IMG/VR virus record: IMGVR_UViG_3300024239_000013
Span: 124,001-188,000 of that record
Direction: 5' to 3' (one strand)
DNA: 64,000 nucleotides
Position numbers and translations under genes: made by a program. Position 1 is the first letter of the stretch, and every line of letters begins with the position of its first letter. The notes below the pieces were generated by a model. It had not been told where the DNA came from. It saw nothing but the letters and a program-made list of their open reading frames with translations, and made no database searches. This document shows, in pieces, positions 10,804 to 20,794 of this stretch.

Positions 10804-10821
10804 TATATTATTATTGTTTAA

Positions 10822-11700
10822 TTAAAATATGTTCATTTGTGTTACTTTACTTGTATCTCCTTTTAAATCTTCTAAGTCTGAATAAGAATTAGTTGTAAAA
10901 ATTCCTTCGAAATTTTTATTTAGCTCATCGAACCCGGCTGAAAATATACCGTGCGTTACAACTAGATATATTTTAGCATCCTGATCTTTCTCTTTAATCG
11001 CTTTAGAAAGCTCGTTGAACGTTCTTCCCCCGTCACATATGTCATCTACGATAATGTAATTTAAACCCTTTTTAATAAGCTCTGGGATTTCTGTTTTAAT
11101 AATCTTACCAATAGAAAGGTCTCTTATCTTATTAGCAGTAATTATATTTTCTATTTGGAAATTCTGGGCTACGTCAAAAACTTTCTTATAAGCTCCAGAA
11201 TCTGGACTGACTAGACATACTCTATCACGTGCACCGTTTCTATTGTCAATTTTTGTTAGTGCAAATTTAACTAGTTCGTAATTATTAATCTTAGTGTAGT
11301 TTTCTAAGCATGCTTCTAAAACATCAGAATGAGGATCCGTTACTGTAACTCTATTAAATCCTTGAGCATTGATAATTGGTGAAATAACTTTTTTAAGGTA
11401 ATTTACACTTCCCATTTCAAATTTTCTATCACTTCTAGATCCAATAAAATACGGAACATAAAGATCCACTGATTTAAACCCAATTTCTTTTAAAGCTTGG
11501 TTTGCACATATGATAATCTCTAAATCTCTAAAGTTATTCAATCTTGATTTTATCGTAACCGATTCCTCTCCGGCTATTTTCGGAAAAAGCATATTGGTAA
11601 ATTTCACATTCTGTTGACCGTCCGGGAATTTAATTATTTCATATTTTAAACTCCAAATGTCTTTTGGGTTTACTAAATTTAATATTGTTCGTGAAGACAT
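10822..11700 (-). CDS. Ribose-phosphate pyrophosphokinase-like protein (probable Adps)
   Basis: KFPDG, PYF..RSDR, DPHS, SPDSGA, IVDDICDGGRTF and VTHGIFS. Confidence 0.9.
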   Translation of the reverse strand: MSSRTILNLVNPKDIWSLKYEIIKFPDGQQNVKFTNMLFPKIAGEESVTIKSRLNNFRDLEIIICANQALKEIGFKSVDLYVPYFIGSRSDRKFEMGSVNYLKKVISPIINAQGFNRVTVTDPHSDVLEACLENYTKINNYELVKFALTKIDNRNGARDRVCLVSPDSGAYKKVFDVAQNFQIENIITANKIRDLSIGKIIKTEIPELIKKGLNYIIVDDICDGGRTFNELSKAIKEKDQDAKIYLVVTHGIFSAGFDELNKNFEGIFTTNSYSDLEDLKGDTSKVTQMNIF

Positions 11701-11712
11701 AATCTATTTTTT

Positions 11713-12381
11713 TTAATATTGTTTTCTTAATAATTCTATAACATCCCATGCATCCTCAAGTGCATTATGTGTTACCTTTCCTTTCAATCCTGCTCTTTCC
11801 TTACATAAATCTAGAGAAGGAACAGAATCGTCATCTTTCCAATCTATAAAATATACGCCAGGATCTATAATTCTCTGTCTAATTCTTATTGCTTGCTTCC
11901 ATCTAGGCAATCTTTCCAGGAAAAGCTTATCAAAAGTTCCGAAATTCTTACCTGCGACATTAATCTGTGCAGGAGTCATTCTAGAAGTTAAGATTGGGTA
12001 TGATTTTCCATTAATCACTTTCATAGGAGTATCTAGAGAAGAGACTGATACTAATCCATTTTCATATAGAAAATCATGGAATGCTTCTACGACATCTTCT
12101 TCTTTTAAAAATTGCATACCTGTCATATGAACAATATCATTCTTTTCATCCTGTGATTTTGCAGTTTGGTATTCAACCAAAGTCTCTATGAGATCCCGAT
12201 TCATATTAATGGCAAATAGAGATCCAGATATATCCTGTCTTAATATACCCACATGAAATTTAGGTAATTCGTCAAAGGGTAATTTTTTTTCAGTGTCTTC
12301 GATTATTGCTCCAATCGAAAGTATCTGATTTTTTTCGATATCGAGACCACTGGTCTCGATATCAATGCTTATGTATTTCAT
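11713..12381 (-). CDS. DEDDh 3'-5' exonuclease
   Basis: [14 protein letters not shown] and HNALEDA. Confidence 0.85.
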   Translation of the reverse strand: MKYISIDIETSGLDIEKNQILSIGAIIEDTEKKLPFDELPKFHVGILRQDISGSLFAINMNRDLIETLVEYQTAKSQDEKNDIVHMTGMQFLKEEDVVEAFHDFLYENGLVSVSSLDTPMKVINGKSYPILTSRMTPAQINVAGKNFGTFDKLFLERLPRWKQAIRIRQRIIDPGVYFIDWKDDDSVPSLDLCKERAGLKGKVTHNALEDAWDVIELLRKQY

Positions 12382-12577
12382 TTTTTTCTATTTTAGATTC
12401 ATATTTTTTACATGACTTGATCCAAATTGGATCGTAGTTATATGGGAATAGAAATGACCATTGATTAACATGGATCTTTACGTCACCATCTTTAATCTCA
12501 GCATCACATTTAGAGTGTGCATCACCAATTAAATTTTTTCTATATTTACAAGTGTAACATTTAGGCTTTTCGCTCAT
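12362..12577 (-). CDS. Small Cys-rich hypothetical protein
   Basis: CYTC, AHSKC and [10 protein letters not shown]. Confidence 0.6.
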   Translation of the reverse strand: MSEKPKCYTCKYRKNLIGDAHSKCDAEIKDGDVKIHVNQWSFLFPYNYDPIWIKSCKKYESKIEKNEIHKH

Positions 12578-12915
12578 CGCTTAATCTTTTGAAGTGTTCT
12601 AATGTCTTTTTTTAAACCTTCTGCTCTTTTAATCACTGGTTCCCATCCAAGTATATTTTTTGCCTTCGTTATGTCAGGATTTCTCTTTTTAGGATCGTCC
12701 TGCGGAAGAGATTTGTATTGAATCTTATTATAAGATCCTGTTAATTCTATGATCTCTTCAGCAAATTGTTTTATCGTTACTTCTTCCGGATTCCCTATAT
12801 TCATTGGATAACTATAATCACTCAGAAGGAGTCTATAAATTCCCTCTACTAGATCATCTACGTAGCAAAAACTCCTGGTTTGATTTCCGTCACCAATTCT
12901 AAAATTTACCGTCAC
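12574..12915 (-). pseudogene. C-terminal fragment of an NAD-dependent epimerase/UDP-glucuronate decarboxylase
   Basis: [16 protein letters not shown]...NIGNP...[14 protein letters not shown]. The Rossmann N-terminus is missing, and an extra A in an A7 run shifts the expected KKTLEHF tail out of frame. Confidence 0.75.
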
Positions 12916-13444
12916 TCTTATCTGATGGAATTTCTCCTATTATATCCTTATGCTTTTTTATAATAGCTTTTATCTTTATGCTGTATGAAGAGTTAGAAGA
13001 ATAGTTTCTATTTAATTTTTCTAAGTATTCTGTCCTAGTGATATTTCCTCTTTTTAGAATTCTTTCCTGATATAATTTATAATCATCCACGCTATCGTGC
13101 CATGTTTCATAAAAAGAAAATCCTCTTTTTTCTCCCTTTGCTGTTGTTGGCCTTTTTTTAGGCATTTTCATACCAAATATATTGGAATTTGATTTAGAGA
13201 TCTTACTCTTAAAATATCCAGACTCGAGAATAGCTTGAGCAAAAGCAATATCGGGAAACTCTATTCCGGATTTTAAAATCCTTTTGTATAGATTTTCCAG
13301 CGTCAGAATCAAATCATCTGGATCCTCATCTTTTTGATTGTAGTAATATGAATTTGGATAGTATTCATATACTTGATTTGCTTTTATACTCAGACTAAAA
13401 AAGACCGATAGAATTGTAATAAATAAACTTAATTTCATTTTCAT
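12899..13444 (-). CDS. GH73 glucosaminidase/muramidase with N-terminal signal peptide
   Basis: [14 protein letters not shown] and F..Y..W.DSV.DY; hydrophobic N-terminus. Confidence 0.8.
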   Translation of the reverse strand: MKMKLSLFITILSVFFSLSIKANQVYEYYPNSYYYNQKDEDPDDLILTLENLYKRILKSGIEFPDIAFAQAILESGYFKSKISKSNSNIFGMKMPKKRPTTAKGEKRGFSFYETWHDSVDDYKLYQERILKRGNITRTEYLEKLNRNYSSNSSYSIKIKAIIKKHKDIIGEIPSDKSDGKF

Positions 13445-13469
13445 ATTTTATTCTTTTTCTATTATAGTG

Positions 13470-13500
13470 CAAATTTATATAAAGAATCCGGGATAAAAAA
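13470..13500 (-). promoter_or_regulatory. Bacteroidota-type promoter (TAAATTTG -7 element)
   Basis: T-run..CG-N11-TAAATTTG; the same architecture occurs at about 2778, 20136, 41186 and 57137. Confidence 0.7.
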
Positions 13501-13538
13501 ATAATAGGTTAAGAATTATCTATTATTAGAATATATAA

Positions 13539-14366
13539 ATGAAAAAAACTATTATGTTATTAAAAAAAGGATCTAAAGGAGAAGAAGTTAAAAAACTTCA
13601 GACTAAACTAGGGATAGTTCCAGACGGAGACTTCGGATCTGGAACAGAGGCTAAAGTGAAAGAGTGGCAAAAATTAAATGGGCTTGCTGATGATGGTGTA
13701 GTTGGAGATGAAACATGGAAAAAATTATTTCCGTCCGAATCGGATAAAAATAAGGTAGTCTCTACTAAATTTAAATTAGAAGCACTTAAAGGACATGTTC
13801 CTGATTATATAATATCACAAATACCGGAAACTGCCGAGAAATTTGGCATCAATACAGTTCTTAGACTGTCACATTTTTTAGCACAATGTGCACATGAATC
13901 AGGAGGATTTAAAGTGTTCGAAGAGAATTTAAATTATTCTTCTGCTAGACTAAAGGCCGTTTTTCCTAAATACTTCCCGGGAAACCTTAACGAATCATAT
14001 AACAGAAATCCACAGAAAATAGCGAATAGGGTTTATTCTTCTAGAATGGGGAATGGCAACGAGTCATCCGGTGATGGGTGGAAATATAGAGGTAGAGGAG
14101 CAATCCAATTAACTGGGAAATCTCATTACTTGGAATTTGATAAATTTGTAGATGATAATATATTAGATAATCCTGAATTAGTAGCAACAAAATATCAACT
14201 AATGTCAGCTGCATGGTTTTTCTGGAAAAATAAAATATTTGATATATGCGATCTGGGTTCTGATACTAAAACAGTAGCCAAAGTTTCGACTAGAGTTAAT
14301 GGAGGTAGCATAGGTCTAGACGACAGGATAATGAAATTTCAGAAATTCTACAATCTATTAAAATAA
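13539..14366 (+). CDS. Endolysin: peptidoglycan-binding domain plus GH19 lysozyme/chitinase
   Basis: GSKG.EVKKLQ..DG.FG..T; FLAQCAHESGGF; YRGRGAIQLTG; VNGG..G..DR. Confidence 0.92.
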   Translation: MKKTIMLLKKGSKGEEVKKLQTKLGIVPDGDFGSGTEAKVKEWQKLNGLADDGVVGDETWKKLFPSESDKNKVVSTKFKLEALKGHVPDYIISQIPETAEKFGINTVLRLSHFLAQCAHESGGFKVFEENLNYSSARLKAVFPKYFPGNLNESYNRNPQKIANRVYSSRMGNGNESSGDGWKYRGRGAIQLTGKSHYLEFDKFVDDNILDNPELVATKYQLMSAAWFFWKNKIFDICDLGSDTKTVAKVSTRVNGGSIGLDDRIMKFQKFYNLLK

Positions 14367-14371
14367 TTAAT

Positions 14372-14407
14372 AAAAAAATCTCATAAAATTTATTTTATGA
14401 GATTTTT
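14372..14407. terminator. Bidirectional intrinsic terminator
   Basis: aaaaatctcataaaat/attttatgagattttt between convergent genes. Confidence 0.75.
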
Positions 14408-14418
14408 AATTTTCTTAT

Positions 14419-14706
14419 CTAGTCTTTTAGTAATTCTTCTATTTTATTTACAAGTTCTTCTTTTCTCTGTGTTCCAGAAATCCTGTAAACTTCTGATCCA
14501 TCTTTAAGAAAAACTAGAGTTGGTATGGATCTTATTCCATACTCCGCTGCTAAATCCGTTTCTTCATCAACATCAGATTTCTTTATTTCAACATCAGAAC
14601 CATCTTTATTATATTCTTCCATAAGAGAATTTATAATAGGATTCATCACTTTGCATGGGCCACACCATTCTGCGTGGAAATCAATTAGCTCTATTCTTTT
14701 TGCCAT
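14419..14706 (-). CDS. trxA: Thioredoxin
   Basis: WCGPC active site and IPT cis-Pro motif. Confidence 0.95.
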   Translation of the reverse strand: MAKRIELIDFHAEWCGPCKVMNPIINSLMEEYNKDGSDVEIKKSDVDEETDLAAEYGIRSIPTLVFLKDGSEVYRISGTQRKEELVNKIEELLKD

Positions 14707-14734
14707 TTTATATAATTTTATATATTATAGTCCC

Positions 14735-15550
14735 TTATGCAGATTTTGTTCTCTTTGGAGCGTTTTTAGTTCTAGCAGTTGGGTTCTCGTTATCTAGCGT
14801 ATCTATTGAAACCTGATATGTTGGTTTGAAGTCCCTTCCTGTTATCTCGTACCATCTGGTATGATTGTCTCTCTTAGCTAGCCAGTGATCATTTTCAACT
14901 TTATACTTATAAGGGTCGCCAGGTCTAACTATGATATTGGATTGTATTGACTCATCCTCTTTTGACTGTACTTTTTTAACAATTGGATCCTCCTTTTTTG
15001 ATGTGTTAGCTAAATCTTCAAGTCCTCCAGTTAAAGTTTTATCTATAGCTGAACCAATTTGAGAATATATTGGAAGATTAATATGTGGATCTGCTACATC
15101 TCCTATTGGTGGTTCTAGCACATTAACACCCTCAGCTCTAAATATATCATAATATTTCTTAACAGTTATCGGAGTTACTTTTTTATTTCCTCCCCATCCC
15201 CAAGATCCTTGTACAGCAAAAAGATTAGCTTTAGGAAAGGCCCTTTTTATTTCCTTAACCAAACCTTTTATATCGTCCTTAAAATTAAACCCCCCATTAG
15301 TTCCAATATTAATAACAACATTTCTAACATTTTCATTAACCTGATATTTAGCAACAGCTTCTTTTAAATGTTTAACATTCATTCCACTTTTCCATAAAGA
15401 TCTCTCGGATGAAGCGTTACCTATTACATCTAATGATTTTGAATTTTTTAGAATTATTGGGGTTGTTGAATCCCCGATAATAATATTAATGTCTGCATCA
15501 CTTTCATATAATTTTATAAAAGTTGAAAAGTTATGTATCTTATTTTCCAT
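14735..15550 (-). CDS. SGNH/GDSL-like hydrolase-fold protein, probable late/virion
   Basis: IIGDS, NIGTNG and DPH(I); CTS-like N-terminus. Confidence 0.5.
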   Translation of the reverse strand: MENKIHNFSTFIKLYESDADINIIIGDSTTPIILKNSKSLDVIGNASSERSLWKSGMNVKHLKEAVAKYQVNENVRNVVINIGTNGGFNFKDDIKGLVKEIKRAFPKANLFAVQGSWGWGGNKKVTPITVKKYYDIFRAEGVNVLEPPIGDVADPHINLPIYSQIGSAIDKTLTGGLEDLANTSKKEDPIVKKVQSKEDESIQSNIIVRPGDPYKYKVENDHWLAKRDNHTRWYEITGRDFKPTYQVSIDTLDNENPTARTKNAPKRTKSA

Positions 15551-15680
15551 GTTATATATACCTCAGATTAAACGTTTAATTGTAAACTATTGGCCAATGT
15601 TTCAGTCTTCCGTATCTTGGTTTTGTTGCATTATATATCATGGTTATCTCAGACTTGGTAATGTTCACATATATGACTTT

Positions 15681-16463
15681 CTATAATTCGCTCAGAAGAA
15701 TCATCTCCTTATCCCAAGCTCCTAATATCTGCCAATAGAAACCGAACGGACTTTGGACCAATAAAATCGGGTCCCTCTTTTCGTAAGCTTTTCTAAATTT
15801 ATCAGGTTCTGCTATCACATAAAATACAGGCTTCTTTTTACATATAGACATTACTTCATCAGTGTAACTCTTCATGATTGAAATAGCAATATCAGGAAAT
15901 TCAGGTACGAAAAGATCAGAGGTTTTCATAACAAGATCATATTTGTTTAATAACTTTTCTATTTTTTCATCTGTTGTATTTTGAAACCCTTCGAAGAAAA
16001 TTCTATGTTTGTCCCATTTTTTTCTATTATGTAATCTTTCTATCATAGCTTCGACCTCTCTCCTTGAATATTTCTGAGTTATTAAATCTCTTTTATACTC
16101 AAGAACTTCTATCTTGTCATCTAAATTGGAGAGGGTCCATGGGGTTGGTATAGTCTCAAGTTCATTCAAAACATCTATCGGTTTAACCCCAATTTTTTTT
16201 ATAACGTTACCAGAACTTTTAGAATCGTTATCAGATTCTGACGAATCTGATCCATTTATAAAAAATGTTGAAATTGAAGTGTTATTAATATTAGAATATC
16301 CTGATTGGTAGTTTTTGAAATCAAATAGAAATGATTCATCAAGACCTCTTGGGTAGTCATCAAGACTGCTTGAAACCTCATTACGTGTACCCTGCAAATA
16401 ATAATCCTTTTTGATGAATTTTTTATATTTATAAATTAAATCAAGTAACTTTTTTTTAATCAT
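15681..16463 (-). CDS. Hypothetical protein
   Basis: 260 aa; C-terminal DPIL..QSPFG.YW.ILGAWD. Confidence 0.7.
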   Translation of the reverse strand: MIKKKLLDLIYKYKKFIKKDYYLQGTRNEVSSSLDDYPRGLDESFLFDFKNYQSGYSNINNTSISTFFINGSDSSESDNDSKSSGNVIKKIGVKPIDVLNELETIPTPWTLSNLDDKIEVLEYKRDLITQKYSRREVEAMIERLHNRKKWDKHRIFFEGFQNTTDEKIEKLLNKYDLVMKTSDLFVPEFPDIAISIMKSYTDEVMSICKKKPVFYVIAEPDKFRKAYEKRDPILLVQSPFGFYWQILGAWDKEMILLSEL

Positions 16464-16470
16464 ATCTTAT

Positions 16471-17031
16471 CTATTTAAAAAAATTAATTATCTTCTCTTT
16501 TATTCCCATTTGTTTTATACCTTCGCTAGATCTTGAGACAAGTACAAAATTATCAAGACCATAACCTCCATTATATTCATTGCTCATATCCAGATCATCG
16601 ACAGCAACCCATTTATCCACATTAGGGTTTAACCTTAGATATTCCTTAATTTCAAGGATTCTTTTTCTTTCTGACCATCCCTTTCCGCTAAAAAGTTCAT
16701 AAGTGAGCCAATCAAAAACATCGAGATCTGGAGTTGTTGCGATTGGTTTCTTTATTATTCCCTGTGAAATGTAATAATTTCCAAGATCCTCTAGTGTCGC
16801 ATGCTTTTTCCAATCAGAAGAAACCACGATTTCTGCTTCGGTTTCCTCTAGAATTTTATTAAGGACCAAGATGGCTTTTTTATCAAAATTATCAAATCTT
16901 ACCTCTACTGGTCTTTCTGTGAATTCGACTTCGGGATTCAGCTTGAAGTATTTTGTGGCTTTCTTATGTCTACTTCCCCAATTATTACTTAGACATATAA
17001 CTCCATCATTATCTAAAAATATAACTTTCAT
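16471..17031 (-). CDS. HAD-family phosphatase (Swiss-army-knife RNA-repair type)
   Basis: VIFLDNDGV, IVVSSDW and WVAVDD. Confidence 0.8.
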   Translation of the reverse strand: MKVIFLDNDGVICLSNNWGSRHKKATKYFKLNPEVEFTERPVEVRFDNFDKKAILVLNKILEETEAEIVVSSDWKKHATLEDLGNYYISQGIIKKPIATTPDLDVFDWLTYELFSGKGWSERKRILEIKEYLRLNPNVDKWVAVDDLDMSNEYNGGYGLDNFVLVSRSSEGIKQMGIKEKIINFFK

Positions 17032-17036
17032 TTCTT

Positions 17037-17213
17037 TTATAATATTATCTTGATAACTATAGTTTCCTTTCCGTCTTGGTACTTGGTTCTTTCTTTGATC
17101 TCCGTAGTGATCTTGTCTATATTTTCATTAATAAGTCTCTGAATCTCACTTTTATTAACAACCGTTCCGTTGTAATATTTCTCTCTATAAACTATTTTGG
17201 GTTTATTTGCCAT
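17037..17213 (-). CDS. Small hypothetical protein (about 58 aa, below the ORF track cutoff)
   Basis: Manual translation MANKPKIVYREKYYNG...IVIKIIL; fills the gap in a co-oriented gene run. Confidence 0.55.
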   Translation of the reverse strand: MANKPKIVYREKYYNGTVVNKSEIQRLINENIDKITTEIKERTKYQDGKETIVIKIIL

Positions 17214-17222
17214 TTTTTATTA

Positions 17223-17498
17223 TTATTCTGTGTAAGTTAAATCGTTCCAAACCTCTTGAACTGGTTTATCCTCAAATTCATCGGATAAAATAACTGACCT
17301 TCTAGCCATATTAGATGTCCATTTTCCACCTCCGTTTAATCTAGCGTAAGTTGCAAATGCATTTAAATTCCAATGTGATTTTTTATCTGAATTTGGATTA
17401 TCTGCACAGTCTCCAAACCAGATATCTATAAATCCGTCCTTGAAATAATATCTTCTAAATTTAAACCATTTTTCAGATAACGTTTCATTTTTTATCAT
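17223..17498 (-). CDS. Hypothetical protein
   Basis: 91 aa ORF in a tightly packed co-oriented run. Confidence 0.6.
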   Translation of the reverse strand: MIKNETLSEKWFKFRRYYFKDGFIDIWFGDCADNPNSDKKSHWNLNAFATYARLNGGGKWTSNMARRSVILSDEFEDKPVQEVWNDLTYTE

Positions 17499-17520
17499 TT
17501 TTATTTCTCTTTAATATTTT

Positions 17521-17880
17521 TTAATATAAATCTTCAGAATATAAAAATCCTTCCATTCCACTTTCTTTGTTTATTATCTGATTGGATTTCTCTGCAATCA
17601 TCCATCCCTCTTTTCTATCAACAAACCTATTTTTATTGGTTAAAAATCCTTGAATATATTCTCCAATTTCACTATAAACTGATCTTAGTCCAGTTATTGA
17701 AACAATTTGATGTATGCAATTTGAATGTCTCCACCCGCAAACAACAACACCAGATTTAATATTATATGGTCTAGATCCACGAACTTCTAAAATCTCCGGT
17801 TTTTTTAACGGAATTTCTTTATACCATATAGCAGAGCATATGATATATTCAGTTTCAAAATCTACATTTAATTTTGGCAT
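17521..17880 (-). CDS. Hypothetical phage protein
   Basis: IICSAIW, G.RH..C, QGFLT...RFVDR.E and LYSEDLY. Confidence 0.7.
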   Translation of the reverse strand: MPKLNVDFETEYIICSAIWYKEIPLKKPEILEVRGSRPYNIKSGVVVCGWRHSNCIHQIVSITGLRSVYSEIGEYIQGFLTNKNRFVDRKEGWMIAEKSNQIINKESGMEGFLYSEDLY

Positions 17881-17893
17881 AATTAACTACTTT

Positions 17894-18343
17894 TTATATC
17901 TTATTAAAGGAATAACCTAAAAAAACCTCTAGATACATTCTATCGGGTTTATCCTGGGTCATTCTAAAAATAGATCCTACTCTATTTGAAAAATTATCAC
18001 ACTTGCTATAGACATTTTCGAAATAGTAAATAATAGGCTTAAGTTCATCCTCACTATATTCATCCTTTATCGGGATCATTAACCGATGAACTGGAAGATA
18101 TGTTTCTGCAGAATCCGATGTTCTATCAGAAACTTTTGAGTAAACCTCTTTATAAAATTCAGATTCTGTTTTTGGGTAAATCAATCTTGGGTTTCCGTCA
18201 GAACGATAAAATAAATCATCAAATTTATATTTTTTAATTTGACTCATATTGGATTCCTTAGATTCGGAAGAAAGTAGGGGAGTAGCAATAAATATTCCCG
18301 CACCTATTTGAACCAATCTTTTTAAAAAATGAGAACGTTTCAT
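17894..18343 (-). CDS. Hypothetical protein with Tat-like signal peptide
   Basis: MKRSHFLK followed by a hydrophobic segment. Confidence 0.55.
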   Translation of the reverse strand: MKRSHFLKRLVQIGAGIFIATPLLSSESKESNMSQIKKYKFDDLFYRSDGNPRLIYPKTESEFYKEVYSKVSDRTSDSAETYLPVHRLMIPIKDEYSEDELKPIIYYFENVYSKCDNFSNRVGSIFRMTQDKPDRMYLEVFLGYSFNKI

Positions 18344-18370
18344 AGTATATTAATTTATATCAGTATTTGG

Positions 18371-18697
18371 TTATTCTTCACAATCAAACTCTTTTTTTAG
18401 TCTTAGATAGGTTTCATATCTCCTTTCCTTTGCTAATTTTTGAGACCTCTCGATTGTTTCGACTCTTTTTTCGAATTCCTCGTCAGTTTCCTCACTCATT
18501 CTGATGATGTGTGCATTATAATGACCATCCCAAGATTCATTTTCGGAATAATATGGTTCAACCCATCCAATTGTAAATATATCATCATCTTCCAAATCTA
18601 GGTGTTTTATATCACACCATTTAAAGGGAGTATTTTTTCGATCGTAAAAAATTCGTTTCTCGACTTTTATCTTTTCGTATTTTTTATCATTTTCCAT
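18371..18697 (-). CDS. Hypothetical protein
   Basis: 108 aa; ETDEEFEKR...YLRLKKEF. Confidence 0.65.
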   Translation of the reverse strand: MENDKKYEKIKVEKRIFYDRKNTPFKWCDIKHLDLEDDDIFTIGWVEPYYSENESWDGHYNAHIIRMSEETDEEFEKRVETIERSQKLAKERRYETYLRLKKEFDCEE

Positions 18698-18966
18698 TAG
18701 ATGAAATTTTTTATATTATACGCTTCATAATCATAGAGATTAACAGAATAATGTGGGTATTCTGGATCCACAAGATAGTTTATAATACTACCGCTGACTA
18801 AGTTTCTGCTTTCCCATTCATATTGACCATCCTCATTTAATTCCGGCAAAGTGATAACCTCACATTTGATGGCCACTCCATACTCGTACTCGTAATGTAC
18901 GTCTCCGATTTTAATATCTTCAACTATCACATTACCTCTTGTTCTAGTTTTATTCTGTGCTTTCAT
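18697..18966 (-). CDS. Hypothetical protein
   Basis: Likely start MKAQNKTR, overlapping the upstream gene. Confidence 0.6.
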   Translation of the reverse strand: MKAQNKTRTRGNVIVEDIKIGDVHYEYEYGVAIKCEVITLPELNEDGQYEWESRNLVSGSIINYLVDPEYPHYSVNLYDYEAYNIKNFI

Positions 18967-19219
18967 TTTCTTTAGAGAGTTCAGCATTTTCATCTTCTCT
19001 ATTTAATTTCTCAAATTCCTTAATTTTTGAATTCATATTAAGGTATAGTACAGTAAAAATAGCTCCGCCGAAAGTTATAACTATCCAAGAATAGTCTTCA
19101 TTTTCTTTGTTATTTGGGGCAAAGATAAAAACTAGTGTGAAAATCCAACAGATAATGGACATCCATTTCAATTGTTTTCTGAAATTCTTGGCATCCCCAA
19201 TAAATTCTTTTGTTAACAT
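18950..19219 (-). CDS. Small two-TM membrane protein
   Basis: Two hydrophobic segments. Confidence 0.6.
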   Translation of the reverse strand: MLTKEFIGDAKNFRKQLKWMSIICWIFTLVFIFAPNNKENEDYSWIVITFGGAIFTVLYLNMNSKIKEFEKLNREDENAELSKENESTE

Positions 19220-19223
19220 ATAT

Positions 19224-19676
19224 TTATTTTTTTAAAATTTTTATAGCTTTATCGGTACAGATTTTGGTTAAACCGTATCCTATATCTACACAATCCATAT
19301 GATCGAAATTCTCCGATGTTTTTACAAAGTTTGGTATTTGTGAATCCAGCATATCGTTATCGTCATCCAATATAACATAATTTTCAACATCCGGATTTCT
19401 GTCCAACCACATTTGTATTTCATGACCTCTTGTAAAATTAGTATCCGGTGTTGTTCCTATGATTTCCCCGGGATAGTTTCTAAACTTCCACATATCTCTC
19501 AAAAATGAAATTCCGCTAAGCCTCCAAGTAGAGCTGACTACAATTTTAGCTCCAGTTTGATCTATTATGGATTTTAGATTCTCAACAAATTCATCATGAA
19601 AGGTTCCACCAAATTGATCATAACTTTTTGGTATTATGTTAAGAACCCCATCAAAATCTAAAAATATAACTTTCAT
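19224..19676 (-). CDS. HAD-family phosphatase (Swiss-army-knife type), second paralogue
   Basis: VIFLDFDGV, IVVSSTWR, RG.EI..WL and YVILDD. Confidence 0.82.
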   Translation of the reverse strand: MKVIFLDFDGVLNIIPKSYDQFGGTFHDEFVENLKSIIDQTGAKIVVSSTWRLSGISFLRDMWKFRNYPGEIIGTTPDTNFTRGHEIQMWLDRNPDVENYVILDDDNDMLDSQIPNFVKTSENFDHMDCVDIGYGLTKICTDKAIKILKK

Positions 19677-19679
19677 GAA

Positions 19680-20102
19680 TTACTTCTTTTTCTTTTTAAA
19701 TGAATTTTCAATTTTTTTCCAGGGATCCTTTGGTATTCTATTGTGATATTTCTCAAGATATTCCCAAGTAGATTCTATTGAATAACATATTGGATTTCCT
19801 TCCTCGTCATGGGCTCCGAATCTGTCTTTTTTTACCTCCTCGACTTTAACAATTTCGTCATTTATCTTCTTATATAAAGGTAATCCGCTCCAATCCTTCT
19901 CGCCGAAATCATTCTCATAACAAAACCACGTAAACCATTCATAACCTTCATCCCCATAAACTTCTTTGATTAAAATATCTATGACCCGATTTAATTCATC
20001 ATTAAAATCAATTAGGTCTATTTTTAGATTGTATGCAGCATTAACTTTGTCTGATTGGCTCTTTAATAAGCTTATAATTTCGGAAAATTTAACATACTCC
20101 AT
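19680..20102 (-). CDS. Hypothetical protein
   Basis: 140 aa; W..WF.YE.DFG; first gene after a TAAATTTG promoter. Confidence 0.65.
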   Translation of the reverse strand: MEYVKFSEIISLLKSQSDKVNAAYNLKIDLIDFNDELNRVIDILIKEVYGDEGYEWFTWFCYENDFGEKDWSGLPLYKKINDEIVKVEEVKKDRFGAHDEEGNPICYSIESTWEYLEKYHNRIPKDPWKKIENSFKKKKK

Positions 20103-20135
20103 TATTCTAAATAACTTTTTTAATTAATAACGTTG

Positions 20136-20167
20136 CAAATTTAATAATATGTTACGTGTTAAAAAAA
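20136..20167 (-). promoter_or_regulatory. Bacteroidota-type promoter (TAAATTTG)
   Basis: T-run-AACACG-N11-TAAATTTG upstream of the long small-ORF operon. Confidence 0.7.
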
Positions 20168-20185
20168 TATTTAGGTATATAGTTT

Positions 20186-20404
20186 ATGAAACCATGTAAA
20201 GAATATTTAGATTACATAGCAAAAAAGTTAGATTCTATGAATGCTTTATCTCCTATTAGGAATGCTAAAGATTCTGATGATAAATTAACCGGATATAAAA
20301 TACTGGAACTTATGGATCAAATGGGATCTACTGCTTTAGAATATTTAAAAAATAAAAAGGACCAGGTAATTAAACCAGATCCTTTATTTCCAGATAGGAA
20401 TTAG
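20186..20404 (+). CDS. Hypothetical protein
   Basis: 72 aa ORF preceded by GGTATATA. Confidence 0.6.
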   Translation: MKPCKEYLDYIAKKLDSMNALSPIRNAKDSDDKLTGYKILELMDQMGSTALEYLKNKKDQVIKPDPLFPDRN

Positions 20405-20407
20405 TCG

Positions 20408-20794
20408 TTATTTTTTTAAAGCAGAACCAATTGTCTCATATTCAATTTTATTTGGCTCCGAAACTTTTTTTCTATTTCGACCTAGATTTAGATTAATTCT
20501 GGATTTACCGGAAATTAAATCTGTTATTTTGCTAATTAACCTATAATAAGATTTCCAGACAAAATTAATATGATCCATTAAGATCTTATTGATGTCAAAT
20601 TCCAATTTCGGCTCATAACTACTCTTCTTTGAATTGTTACTCGATTTTTTATTTGTGATTAAATTTGAATATTGATTCATAATTTTTTCAGTAGTTTTAG
20701 ACGTTCCGATATCTTTTTTTAAAGATTTGGAGATCTTATATCCTATATTGGGGTACTTACTATAATTATTAACTCTTCCCATCTTCTGTATCAT
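20408..20794 (-). CDS. Basic hypothetical protein
   Basis: 128 aa ORF. Confidence 0.5.
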   Translation of the reverse strand: MIQKMGRVNNYSKYPNIGYKISKSLKKDIGTSKTTEKIMNQYSNLITNKKSSNNSKKSSYEPKLEFDINKILMDHINFVWKSYYRLISKITDLISGKSRINLNLGRNRKKVSEPNKIEYETIGSALKK

